A stretch of 41,875 bases of DNA from Octopus bimaculoides (lineage: Eukaryota). Position 1 is the first letter of the stretch, and each line of letters begins with the position of its first letter. Of the stretch, positions 12,552 through 21,972 are shown piece by piece. The position numbers and the translations under genes were made by a program. The stretch lies in NCBI RefSeq assembly GCF_001194135.2, contig NC_068991.1:24855278-24897152 (forward strand), read 5' to 3'. The notes beneath the pieces are model-generated. The model was not told the DNA's origin. It was given only the letters and a program-made list of their open reading frames with translations, and did not search any database.

Positions 12552-15500
12552 ATAATAATAATAATAATCAATACATACGTGTGGGTCAATTGATGGTATT
12601 TTAGATGAGCAGGCCATGAAAATTTCCTGCCACATCCTTCATAAAGGCATTCAAGTGACCTCTGGCTATTATGTGTGGCTGGGTGGTACGTCTTGCAATT
12701 GATGGCTGTAAATTTCTTTGTACAATCTTGGCTGTCGCATGAATATAACGTATCGGCTGAAATAAACAACACAGTCTTCAGAAAAAGAAAACATATGTTT
12801 AATTGAAATATTAAACTTTGAAATGCCAACAGAATATATATATATATAAATAATATAAGAGTATATGCATATATATGTACATACCTTCATCTACATGTAT
12901 ATATAGATGCATATCTGGATACATGACGTTGCAAAAAAAACATAGACAAAAGGATAAACAAAACAGAGACAGCACAAATTGGTCTTTTGATGTTCATGGA
13001 TTGTTACACATTGTTACAGTTGGTGATGCTGACATGCAAGCATGTACACATGTAAAATGTTATTCATAACTGTTACACATACATTTTACTAAGAGCATTT
13101 TCAATAGAGTGAAAATAACAACACCAAAACAAATCACAGTACAAGACTTACAGAGCTGCACTTGGTAGTGCAGTGAAAGCATGTAATAGAATAATACCAA
13201 ATAATAATAATAATAATAATAATAATAGACTCACGGTCATCTTCAGTATCTTTTTGAGAGGGAGATGTGTCAGTGTTGGCAGAACTTGCTATAATGGTTG
13301 GATGTAGCTGTTCTAGTGAGTGTTTAGTGGTTGATTCAGTATGACTCTGCTTTTTAACTAATGTGATAGGTCGAGTAGATTTTGAAGTTTGTTTTTCTGT
13401 TTTGATCTTCTGTGTCTGAGATGTAGTATCAATTAATGCTTGTAGATTATTAGATGTTTTACCAATGTTTACTGAACTGCTATAGAGCACTTTTGCTTCC
13501 ATATTACCCTTTTCATTTGAGAGAACTAGGAAAGGCGTGCCAATGTCATTCCATACCTGTTGAACAAACATATTGAAATGAAAAGAAGATTGTCAAGAAA
13601 TTATATTTTAGAACAGGGGTTTTCAAACTTTTTGACTTGCGGACCCCTTTATATTTCAGGCTTTACCTTAGGGACCCCCTTATAAACACTTATAAAATTT
13701 ATACATAAATATTTGCTTAAAATAACATATATTTTTACATTTATTTATTTAACAGTATTTAACAAATAGGTTTATTGTCAATTAAAAGATTTCGATTATA
13801 AAACATATATAAAATCAAATTGCCCATAAAAAGTATTTGCTGTCCATGGACCCCCTGTCTTGTCCTTGCAGACCCCCTGTGATCCGTGGACCACAGTTTG
13901 AAAGCCCCTGTTTTAGAACAACTAGTCATCATTTTATTGAATAATTAACCCTTTTTGTTATCATATTTCTGCTGAAATACACTGCCTTAGGTGTAGCCTC
14001 CTTCTCTCATATTGATATTTGCCATCAACCATGCTTCCACACTTGTTCCATTTACTACATTCACCCATCTCTAACCATTAATCACTCTCCTCTCACACTC
14101 TAATGAACTTGTCTACCCACCTTTCACAATTCTTTGTCCATATTGTCTCTTATACTCACCTTTTTACTCGAGAGTATGCTCTGACATCTTGTCACCACCA
14201 TCATTGCCAACCAAAGCCTTGTGAGTAGATTTAGTAGATGGAAACTGAAAGAAGCCTATCACATATATGTATATGTGTGTGTGTGTGTATCTTTGCATTT
14301 ATATTTGTCTTGCTACCACTACTTGAAAACCAGTGTTGGTTTGTTTACATCCCTATAACTTAGCAGTTCATCAAAAGTACCAGGCTTAAAAAATAAGTAC
14401 TGGAGTCAGTTCGTTCAACTATCTCTTCAATGTGGTGCTCCAGTATGGCCACAGTCCAACGACTGAACCAAGTAAAAGAGAAAAAATAGAGACACTTAGA
14501 TAAATGCATACACTTGCATGTGCGCATACACACACCTTGTACCTTGATGGTCCACACAGACATTTATTACCACTACTTTCACCTCTTCCCCATTCCAGCT
14601 TGATTCCTTCACCAGCTCTTCTAAGATGTGAGCAGCCACATAGACCCTTTTATAGCAAGAAACCTGTTCAGCTTTGACCCCTTCTCTCATACTTTGACCC
14701 TTTGTCTCCTGGCATAAAGCCACCTATCTTAGGGCTCTTGTCTTGCAAGCTGCATGGCAACCTCACTAGTGCAGGCTGCATGAAAAAAAACCCCACCCAG
14801 TACACACTGTAAAGTGATTGGTTTTAGGAAGGGTATCTAGCTGTAGAAACCATGCCACAAGTAGACAGTGGTCCATGATATAATCCTTGAACCGCTCAGT
14901 TCATCATACCATCCAACCTATGACAACATGGAACATAGACATTAAATGGTGATGATTTACATGCATGCACACACACACGTTCTCATATATGCATATGGGC
15001 ATCCAGCTGTAGAAACTCTGCCAAATCAGATTGGAGCCTTGTGTAGCCATCTGGTTTCACCAGTCCTCAGTCAAATCGTCCAACCCATGCTAGCATGGAA
15101 AGCGGATGTTAAATGATGATGATGATGATGATGATGATGTCTGTCTATGATAAAAAAAGATAATAGTTTGCACTATTTAGATCCATCCAACTTATGATCC
15201 TTTATGCTAAGGCTGACTTACCTTTTGTCTCTTATTAGACTGACAAGGTAATGAAGTACTGAGGTTGATACACTTGCCTCAGCATGGCAGAAACCAACAA
15301 AAGAACTAAAGAATAATTAATGTAGTTGAATATTACCATATTTTGGAAATCTTGGAGATTGATAAGTACATAGTTTGTCGATTCTTCACCGGTGGTTATT
15401 TCAGGCACAGTTGTAAATGACATTTTGTTATCCAAAACAAATTCCATGGAATGAGTTGTAGCAGTCATAGTTTCTTTTGTGGTGGGCATGTTAGAATCTA

Positions 15501-15579
15501 ACATAACAGGATTCTGAGTTATTTTCTCTGTATCTGCTTCATCAATATCTGTTTCCTTTTTGATAGTTTTTGCTGACAT
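2717..15579 (-). CDS. ZNF410: Multi-exon C2H2 zinc-finger transcription factor, ZNF410 orthologue (6 fingers; 412 codons to the donor at 2716; true N- and C-termini uncertain)
   Basis: Six exons join in frame with matching phases (0,1,2,1,1) and GT-AG sites. Fingers: [113 protein letters not shown]. These match the recalled vertebrate ZNF410 ZF1-5 helices ([44 protein letters not shown]) in the same order. Confidence 0.88.
4271..4562 (+). mobile_element. tRNA-derived octopus SINE, family A (5'-truncated)
   Basis: Shares the body aaagccttgtgagtggatttggtagacggaaactgaaagaagcccgtcg and the tail ggtgctccagca...aaatgactgaaaca with the copy at 7539. Confidence 0.85.
5000..6385 (-). mobile_element. 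CR1-like LINE remnant with a large internal deletion
   Basis: APE endonuclease motifs ([30 protein letters not shown]), RT motif YADDTK at 5833-5816, and CR1-type C-terminus LDYCSQLWS...[14 protein letters not shown]...WKILEGL; many stops. Confidence 0.88.
6408..6516. repeat. (TA)n microsatellite
   Basis: Read directly; similar tracts at 129-162, 474-508, 2222-2257, 9947-9986, 32610-32654, 35878-35947. Confidence 0.97.
6545..6860 (+). repeat. Probable Penelope-like terminal repeat with a degenerate hammerhead-like core
   Basis: CTGATGA (6647-6653), then GAAAC-ATATG-TA (6675-6686), then an AT-rich tail; family assignment is inference. Confidence 0.35.
6953..7090 (+). mobile_element. Helitron-like 5' end
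   Basis: TC...TATAAAAG...ctgtgtgtg start resembling non-autonomous Helitrons; cut off by the N gap. Confidence 0.35.
7539..7934 (+). mobile_element. tRNA-derived octopus SINE, family A (full-length)
   Basis: A box TGGCTGTGTGG, B box GGTTCAGTCCC, internal (TA)n/(TG)n, shared 3' tail. Confidence 0.92.
8264..8353 (-). CDS. ZNF410: ZNF410-like coding exon E: ZF4 equivalent (single finger)
   Basis: Acceptor ttttatttatttag, donor G|GTAAGT; 90 nt, phase 1 to 1; translates [31 protein letters not shown]. Confidence 0.96.
8862..9140. mobile_element. Solo LTR (279 bp)
   Basis: Termini TGTGGTG...CATCACA; perfect 5-bp TSD AATTG at 8857-8861 and 9141-9145; GC-rich with retained CpGs. Confidence 0.75.
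9500..9650 (-). mobile_element. SINE family A (5' half)
   Basis: Reverse complement of the family A head and body (ttcagtttccatctaccaaatcc...acaaggctttgg). Confidence 0.8.
9993..10140 (-). mobile_element. SINE family A (5' half)
   Basis: Reverse complement of the head: tttgcccaaggtgc...gggattgaacc...aagcaaacttcttaacca. Confidence 0.78.
10172..10325 (+). mobile_element. SINE family A (5' half), head-to-head with the previous copy
   Basis: ggtgcaaccatggctatgtggttagg...cttgggcaagtg...accaaagcctcacaagtgaatttggtag. Confidence 0.75.
10445..10800. repeat. Abundant octopus interspersed repeat, family C (internal tandem units; spans a 10-N gap)
   Basis: Near-identical to 18185-18676 and 36115-36460: gcatccagctgtagaaactctgccaaatcagattggagcctgg...ccaacccatgctagcatggaaagcgga. 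Confidence 0.85.
11009..11190 (-). CDS. ZNF410: ZNF410-like coding exon D: ZF2 and ZF3 equivalents
   Basis: Acceptor ccaacag, donor G|GTACAA; 182 nt, phase 2 to 1; translates [61 protein letters not shown]. Confidence 0.96.
11985..12510. repeat. Unclassified interspersed repeat
   Basis: Compositionally distinct ~0.5 kb block resembling a common octopus repeat as I recall it; no ORF. Needs a repeat-library search. Confidence 0.4.
12510..12568. repeat. Compound (TAC)n(AAT)n microsatellite
   Basis: Read directly from the sequence. Confidence 0.97.
12579..12756 (-). CDS. ZNF410: ZNF410-like coding exon C: extra finger (CDSQDC-X12-HPATH) plus the ZF1 equivalent
   Basis: Acceptor ttgtttatttcag, donor AC|GTATGT; 178 nt, phase 1 to 2; two C-X4-C-X12-H-X3-H motifs. 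Confidence 0.95.
13235..13556 (-). CDS. ZNF410: ZNF410-like coding exon B ([12 protein letters not shown]...KDTEDD)
   Basis: Acceptor gttcaacag at 13558-13557, donor C|GTGAGT at 13234; 322 nt, phase 0 to 1; lies within ORF 13134..13571. Confidence 0.85.
13614..13910. mobile_element. Non-autonomous hAT MITE (297 bp)
   Basis: TIRs CAGGGGTTTTCAAAC / GTTTGAAAGCCCCTG; perfect 8-bp TSD TTTTAGAA at 13606-13613 and 13911-13918. Confidence 0.93.
14205..14490 (+). mobile_element. SINE family A (5'-truncated)
   Basis: ccaaccaaagccttgtgagtagattt...gtggtgctccagtatggccacagtc. Confidence 0.8.
14998..15138. repeat. Family C repeat fragment ending in (GAT)n
   Basis: Same core as 10445-10800. Confidence 0.85.
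15337..15579 (-). CDS. ZNF410: ZNF410-like coding exon A ([11 protein letters not shown]...[17 protein letters not shown])
   Basis: ATG at 15579-15577; donor ATG|GTAAT at 15336, phase 0; T/S/E-rich low-complexity sequence. The frame stays open upstream to 15621 (SEVYQDTVDSAPVT), so the start may lie further 5'. Confidence 0.75.
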
Positions 15580-15819
15580 AGTAACTGGAGCAGAATCCAC
15601 AGTGTCTTGATAGACTTCTGATTATGGAGGCACTGGTCTTTAGGCTGAATATAGTGTGTGTGGTTTTAAAAGAAAACCAATCACGTTTGGCAAGATGAAT
15701 GGGTAACAATTTCATTGTATAAAACACTGCACCTTGCAAATGACAGCCAATATCTGCAAAAAACAAAAAAAACAAAGGGATAAAAATTACAAACTGAATT
15801 GCACTAATAACATAAATAC

Positions 15820-15956
15820 TCAGAGCATGACTTGATAAGGAAGAATCTACATCAGCACCCAACCTGCTAGAAATTGCAGCTAAATCTTTCTCCAACCAGA
15901 TACTACCATTTAAAAATGGAAACTTTGGATGATATGGTGTGGAGTGCATACTATGT
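15820..15956 (-). other. Probable 5' leader exon of the ZNF410-like gene
   Basis: Strong (CT)n-cag acceptor at 15958-15957; donor GA|GTATTT at 15819; followed by a 66-nt intron ending in ttttttgttttttgcag at 15754. Confidence 0.55.
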
Positions 15957-16213
15957 CTGAGAGAGAGAGAGAGAGAGACAAGATAGCCATGATGGTATGC
16001 TTTTGATCACAAGTCTGCTTAATCAGGGCTGACCTATGGCTAAATGATAACAATGAACAAGGAGTATCAAGAAAATTTAAGATCAGCATTTATCATCAAC
16101 ATTAAGTTTTAACATTTTTTTCCACACATGTTTAAGTTGGTCAGGCTTCCAACTGAGCCTGACTAATTAATGTATCATCTTAGCTCTAAGATCTAATGGT
16201 TTTTGATAATTCT

Positions 16214-16443
16214 TCAACCATTTTGTAACCATATTTCTGTTGAAATTCACTGAAATTTTCCAAATTAATTTTAAAAATAAAGAAAAATTAGATAAAATAA
16301 ATTTTGTCCTTATGAAGCTGATGGTTGAAGCATAAATTAACTTGAAATTTTGCAGGAAGGTTTTAATTTAGATATTTTGAAACAAGAAGTTTGTATAACA
16401 GAAAATGAGGTAGCTTCAAGAAGGTTGGTATCAAATGGGTTAA
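16214..16443. mobile_element. piggyBac-like MITE (degenerate)
   Basis: Left end ttcaaccattttgtaacc, right end ggtatcaaatgggTTAA; a truncated sibling begins TTAACCCTTTT near 13945. Confidence 0.6.
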
Positions 16444-16519
16444 AATCAAGGTGGTTGAGAACTACAAGTGTTTCATTTCAAGTAATTATATTTTCTTATC
16501 AATAATTAAAATAAAAACA

Positions 16520-16735
16520 AAGGCGGTGAGCTGGCAGAATTGTTAGTGCGCTGGGCAGAATAGTTAGTGGCATTTTGTCTGTCTTTATGTCCTGAGTTCA
16601 AATTCTGCTGAGGCTGACTTTGTCTTTCATCCATTTGGAGTCAATGAAATAGGTACCAGTTGAGCACTGTGGGGTGATGTAATCAACTTAACTCCTACCC
16701 CAACTTGCTTGCCTTGTATCAACATTTGAAACCAA
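16520..16735 (+). mobile_element. tRNA-derived octopus SINE, family B
   Basis: aggcggtgagctggcagaa head, B box GAGTTCAAATTC, body gactttgtctttcatcc. Confidence 0.82.
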
Positions 16736-17460
16736 TAATTACAAAAAAAAACAAAAAAACATTTGTATAAATGCAAAAAATACATTAAAAATAATTCCAA
16801 TACTATAAGGTTTATAATACACTTTGATGTATATTGAGCTTTTAACCAGTTATCCTAACTAAAGGTAAATATATATACATAGTAGGTACAGTGTAGCCAA
16901 ATGCTTAAGGAATTCACTTCACAATCATGAGGTCTTGGGTTTGATTCCACTCTGTGGCATCTTAGCAAATGTTATTTCTTTTATAGCCTTGGTTCAACCT
17001 ATGTCTTGTGAGTGAAATTGAAGAAACAAACTGTATAGAAACTCATAGGGTGGATTGTACCTGTAAATTTATAACGTATAGCCTTGTTATACACTGTGTC
17101 ATACTGATTCTGTCTGAGAATTAAGGTCACAGGTGTCTGTGGAAAGCTCAGCCACTTTCACATTAATACAGGAGCAGGTAAGTAAGTTGATTGAGCAACT
17201 GAACCTTCATCTACTGATATATATATATATACATACATACATAGACATATGCACACACACAGCTACCACCACTCATCATAGCTGACTATAGGTTTCTGCA
17301 TTGAGAAAGTTCCTCTTCAAACAACAGGTGCAGGCCAGTGCATGGTGTATTTTTTTGTTGAGGAAGATAGCAGTTGCCAAGGCATGCACGCTTCCCCTCT
17401 CCTTGCCACTGATCTTGTCCAAGGGACAGGTAAGGTCAATACAGCTTGGTACCAGTGTAA

Positions 17461-17728
17461 TTTGAGCCCCATCTGACTATCATCTGTTCCCCAACATGAA
17501 AAAACACTTGGCTAGGAACCAGTTTGACAAAGATGATGTCATATCTGCTGTTGATGACGTTTTTGACCAGCAGGATGAAAGCTTCTTTTCCAATGGGATC
17601 CAAGCACTGCAACACTGATGGAAGAAATGTGTGGACCGCAAAGGGGACTATGTTGAAAAATAAACCTCATTTGGTCACATTCCATGAGAGTATGTTGGTT
17701 ATTCCATGAACTTTGCAGCTGACCCTCA
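17461..17728 (+). mobile_element. mariner (DD34D-type) transposase 3' fragment with probable 3' TIR
   Basis: Translates PSDYHLFPNMKKHLARNQF...FFSNGIQALQH*WKKCVDRKGDYVEK*; ends atgaactttgcagctgaccctc. Confidence 0.85.
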
Positions 17729-18184
17729 AAGACATATATTGACAAAATTTCCTGTCTGTGGTTAGGGTTAGGGTTAGGAATCAATTAAATGTTTCTTTTA
17801 TTTCAAGAACTACTGAAAACGTTGCAAGACACAACAAAAATTTTAGAAAAATAAATAAGTAAATGAGTGGAAACTTTACTAGTGAGTGTGTTAAATTATA
17901 AGGCACTAAAAGAGAATGACTCTCTCCAGACACAACAGATTATTTCAATATTGTTTTATCATTTTCCACATAATTTTTTCTTGAATATGTACTTATATTT
18001 CAATAAAACAAAATATTACTTATTCTAGGCATAAATCAGTGGGTCATGCACCCATAAATAATTGGCCTGTGTTTCAATGGCCAAACTGTCTCTTAAAAAA
18101 AAAACATTGAACATGGAATAAAATTATACCTACTATTTTGAACACTGAATTCTTTGTAATTCTTGATTTCTTTGAGTGCGAAAT

Positions 18185-18676
18185 CGTGATGTGGAGTGCT
18201 AAGAGCACTGTCCGAGTGTGATCGTTGCCAGAGCAGCTGTCTGGCTTCCGTACCAGTGGCATGCAAATAGCACCATTTGAGCGTGATCGTTACCAGCGTC
18301 GCCTTCCTGGCACGTGAAAAGACATTCAAGCAAGGTCGTTGCCAGTGCGCTGGACTGGCTCCTGTGCAGGTGGCACATAAAATACGCCATTTTGAGTGTG
18401 GCCGTTGCCAGTACCGCCTGATTGGCCCTTGTGCTGGTGGCATGTAAAAGCACCCACTACACTCTCGGAATCGTTGGCGTTAGGAAGGGCATCCAGCTGT
18501 AGAAACTCTGCCAAATCAGATTGGAGCCTGGTGTAGCCATCTGGTTCGCCAATCCTCAGTCAAATCGTCNNNNNNNNNNAGATTGGAGCCTGGTGTAGCC
18601 ATCTGGTTCGCCAATCCTCAGTCAAATCGTCCAACCCATGCTAGCATGGAAAGCGGATGTTAAACGATGATGATGA
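18185..18676. repeat. Family C repeat (spans a 10-N gap)
   Basis: Internal repeats of gttgccagt...gactggctcc and the shared core. Confidence 0.85.
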
Positions 18677-18953
18677 TTGGACCTCTCTCTCACTCTCTGT
18701 CTCTCTTCACACACACAATGAAAAAAAATATGGTGTATGTAATTGAAATGGCATTCAATTAAAATTGCCATGTATGTATCATATTAAACATACAGACATA
18801 CATTGTTAGAAGGCATGATGCAGTGGAATTGCCTGAGATAATATCCCTTCATTGACTTTGTGTTAAAAACATAATATATATCAGAGTGAGATGAACATCA
18901 TACATGTATGCTACACAGATGCCCCCCCCCTCTCTCTCTCTATATATATTTTT

Positions 18954-18996
<43 letters not shown>

Positions 18997-19314
18997 TAAT
19001 TTTTGGGTAGTATTAAAATATTTAATACAAGGATAATTAAAAAAACTAACAAATAAATATGCAATAAGAAAACAAAAACAATATCAGTCAATGACTAATT
19101 GTTTTTACCTCAATACTAGAAGAAAAAACAGTATACAAAAGAAAAAGTAAATAAATAAAACTGACAAACACAACAGTAAAGATTGATGAACTTGTCTGTT
19201 TTGTGAGTTTACTAGATGCCAAAGTTTCAGAACAGGTGGCAAGATGCGATCCCTATCCAATACATTGCAAGCATTAAAGAACAACCAATGTAAAATGATA
19301 CAAATATACACAGA

Positions 19315-19652
19315 AGGTGGCAAGTTGGCAGAAACGTTACAAGGTCAACTTTGCCTTTCATCCTTTCGGGGTCGATTAAACAAGTACTGGGGTCGATATA
19401 ATCAACTTAATCCATTTGTCTGTCCTTGTTTGTCCCCTCTGTGTGTAGCCCCTTGTGGGCAGTAAAGAAATAAGAAACGTTAGCATGCCGGGCGAAATAC
19501 TTAGCGGTATTTCATCTGTCTTTACGTTCTGAGTTCAGATTCTGCCAAGGTCGACTTTGCCTTTCATTCTTTTGTGGATTGATAAATTAAGTACCAGTTG
19601 ATCTAATTGACTAGCCCCCACCACCACCAATTTCAGGCTTTGTGCCTAGAGT
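19315..19652 (+). mobile_element. Two tandem family B SINE units
   Basis: Internally deleted unit at 19315-19470 followed by a second unit starting gaaacgttagcatgccgggcgaaa. Confidence 0.82.
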
Positions 19653-19669
19653 AGAAAAGAATGAACACA

Positions 19670-21250
19670 GATATGATAGAAGTAAATAGTCATCCCATAA
19701 AACATGGTAATATGTTTATCTTAACTTGGAAAGGTTTATATTTTACATTAATTGACATTTTTGTTTCAGGTTATAGGAAAGTGGGTTATACATCATTAGA
19801 TGTATACCTGACTTTCCTATATAAAATTAAGAATTAACGGAACGCTGAACTCCAGACTATCAACATAACAATTATTTATTTTAAGGTGGTTAATATATAC
19901 ATCTTTAGCTCTTGTTTGTTGAGACGTCTTCTGTGTGTGTGAGCATGGTTGTTGGGACGTTGGTATGTAGATGTGAGCGAGCTGTCTAGCGTAAGTTCAA
20001 AAGATGGAGAGAGACAGCTAAACACGTCCTTGCTCAATCGCTGGCCAGCAAGAAAGAGACAGAATGAAGCGGGAAAGCTTGGTTGTTGAATTCCACGCAT
20101 GCGCACAGCGTTACTACAAGGTTTTATAAGTGACTGCTTAATCATGTCCTGTACAAAAGAAGCCTTGGAACTATCTGAATTTCAAAGAAGCCATATTGTG
20201 GGTCAATCTGAAGGTAGACATAGTCAGCATAAAATTGCAGCAAACCTTGAGATCCCACTTTCTACAATTAATAGAGTGATTGTGCAATTCATCAAAGAGG
20301 GAAAGGAGTCTATATTACCTTGCCTAGGTTGACCAGGGCTCTCTGACAGGACCCTTCTCTTTGTTAAGAGAAGTGTAGAGGATAATCCTCATTGCAAGGC
20401 TTCTGACATAGCATTGATGTCAGTCCCAGAACAGCTGTCAGGTGTCTCTACAAACCTGGTTACTATGGCAGAGCAGCAAGAAGGAAGCCATTTCTTTGAC
20501 CAGCCAACATCAAGTGGAGAAAAGATTGGTCCAGTGAGACAGTTGGAGAGGCCACTAGCATTTTGGGACACTGTCATATTCTCTGATGAGTCCAGATTTG
20601 TTGTATTTTCTGACAGTGGTTGAATGTGGATCTGGAGACTCAGTGATCAAGAATCTGACGTGAAAAGATTGCAGCCAACAATGAAACATGGTGGCTATTC
20701 TGTGGTCTGTGGAGCAATGGTTGATGAGAGCTGGTGGAGTATGAGGGAAACATAAACTCAGATAAATATGTGTCCATATTGTAGAAAGGACTCCTTCCAA
20801 TCTTCTCCAGTGGTGAAATGATTAAAGAACACTCTTTATTTATAGAAGGTGGGATTCCTTGTCACATGGCTAAAAAGACCCAAGACTAGTTGGAAGAGAA
20901 TGGCATTAAAAAGCTTCCTTGGTCAAGCCAGTCACTAGATATGAACCCTATTGAATACCTCTGGGGAATAAAGGACTGGACACTTTGTAAAAAGAACAAG
21001 AAAGCATCCTCAAAGCCAGATCTTTTGGGATTACTGCATGAAACTTGGCAAGAAATTCCGCAAGAGAATATTTGTCATCTGATCAGTAGCATGCTTAATA
21101 AGGTACTTGCATTGAAAAATGCAAAGGGCATATCTACTACACATCAGATATTCACATTATAATAAGTAATGAATAATTTGAAAGTATAATTTCAGATTTA
21201 AATGAAATTTAATAATGATTATAAGGGTATCTTTTTACTTCTGTCATGTC
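19670..21250 (+). mobile_element. Full-length decayed Tc1 (DD34E) transposon
   Basis: HTH region [12 protein letters not shown]...[10 protein letters not shown]; VIFSDESRF; D2 position mutated to G, then 34 residues to NPIEYLW. Imperfect TIRs gatatgatagaagtaaa (19670-) and tttttacttctgtcatgtc (-21250) followed by TA. Confidence 0.88.
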
Positions 21251-21262
21251 TATCCACAAGAT

Positions 21263-21530
21263 ATCTATATATATAAAACTGAGAAAATGTGTGTCTGTCT
21301 GTATGTGTGCATCACTAAAACTGAAGAACTACCCAACCGATTTCATTCAAATTTTACTCATGCCTTACTTAGGGTCCATGGAGTGTCAGGGGCGAAAATA
21401 ATTTTCAATTTCTTGCCTCATGCGAGCCTGGAGCAATCTCTTATCTCTTACACTGTTTCAGTATTATGTGTCAAAAGTAAAACAATAACATCTCTATTGT
21501 AATGTGAGATAATACTTTCAGTTTTAATAG
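21263..21530 (+). mobile_element. Non-autonomous Helitron-like fragment
   Basis: atctatatatataaaac...gtgtgtctgtctg...gaactacccaaccgatttcattcaaatttt, resembling Lep1/HINE-type 5' ends. Confidence 0.6.
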
Positions 21531-21556
21531 TTTCACTATGTATTTATATACATGTT

Positions 21557-21588
<32 letters not shown>

Positions 21589-21591
<3 letters not shown>

Positions 21592-21960
21592 GTGTGGCTG
21601 TGTGCTAAGTAGCTTTTTTCCCAACCAAATGGTTCCGGGTTCAGTCCCACTGCGTGGCATCTTGGGCAAGTGTCTTTTACTATAGCCTTCAGCCGACCAA
21701 AGCCATGTCAGTGGATTTGGTTGACGGAAACTGAAAGAAGTCTGTCCTACATGTATTTATGTCTATGTTTGTTCTCCCTACCATCACTTAGAAACCAATG
21801 TTGGTGTGTTTACATCCCTGTAACTTAGCAGTTCGGCAGAAGATATTGATAGAATAAGCTCCAGGCTTACAAAGAATAAGTCCAGGATTTGATTTCTTCA
21901 ACTAAAAGGCGGTACTCCAGCATGGTCACACTCAAATGACTGAAACAAGTAAAAGAGTAA
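21589..21960 (+). mobile_element. SINE family A (full-length)
   Basis: A and B boxes plus the shared tail. Confidence 0.9.
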
Positions 21961-21972
21961 TATATATATATA

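Noticed and set aside
18185-18500. Internally repeated units in family C repeats resembling a CRISPR-like array
   Set aside because: Eukaryotic interspersed repeat with degenerate tandem subunits, no unique spacers and no cas genes.
18507-18630. Apparent tandem duplication within a family C repeat
   Set aside because: Also straddles a 10-N gap (18570-18579); assembly artefact.
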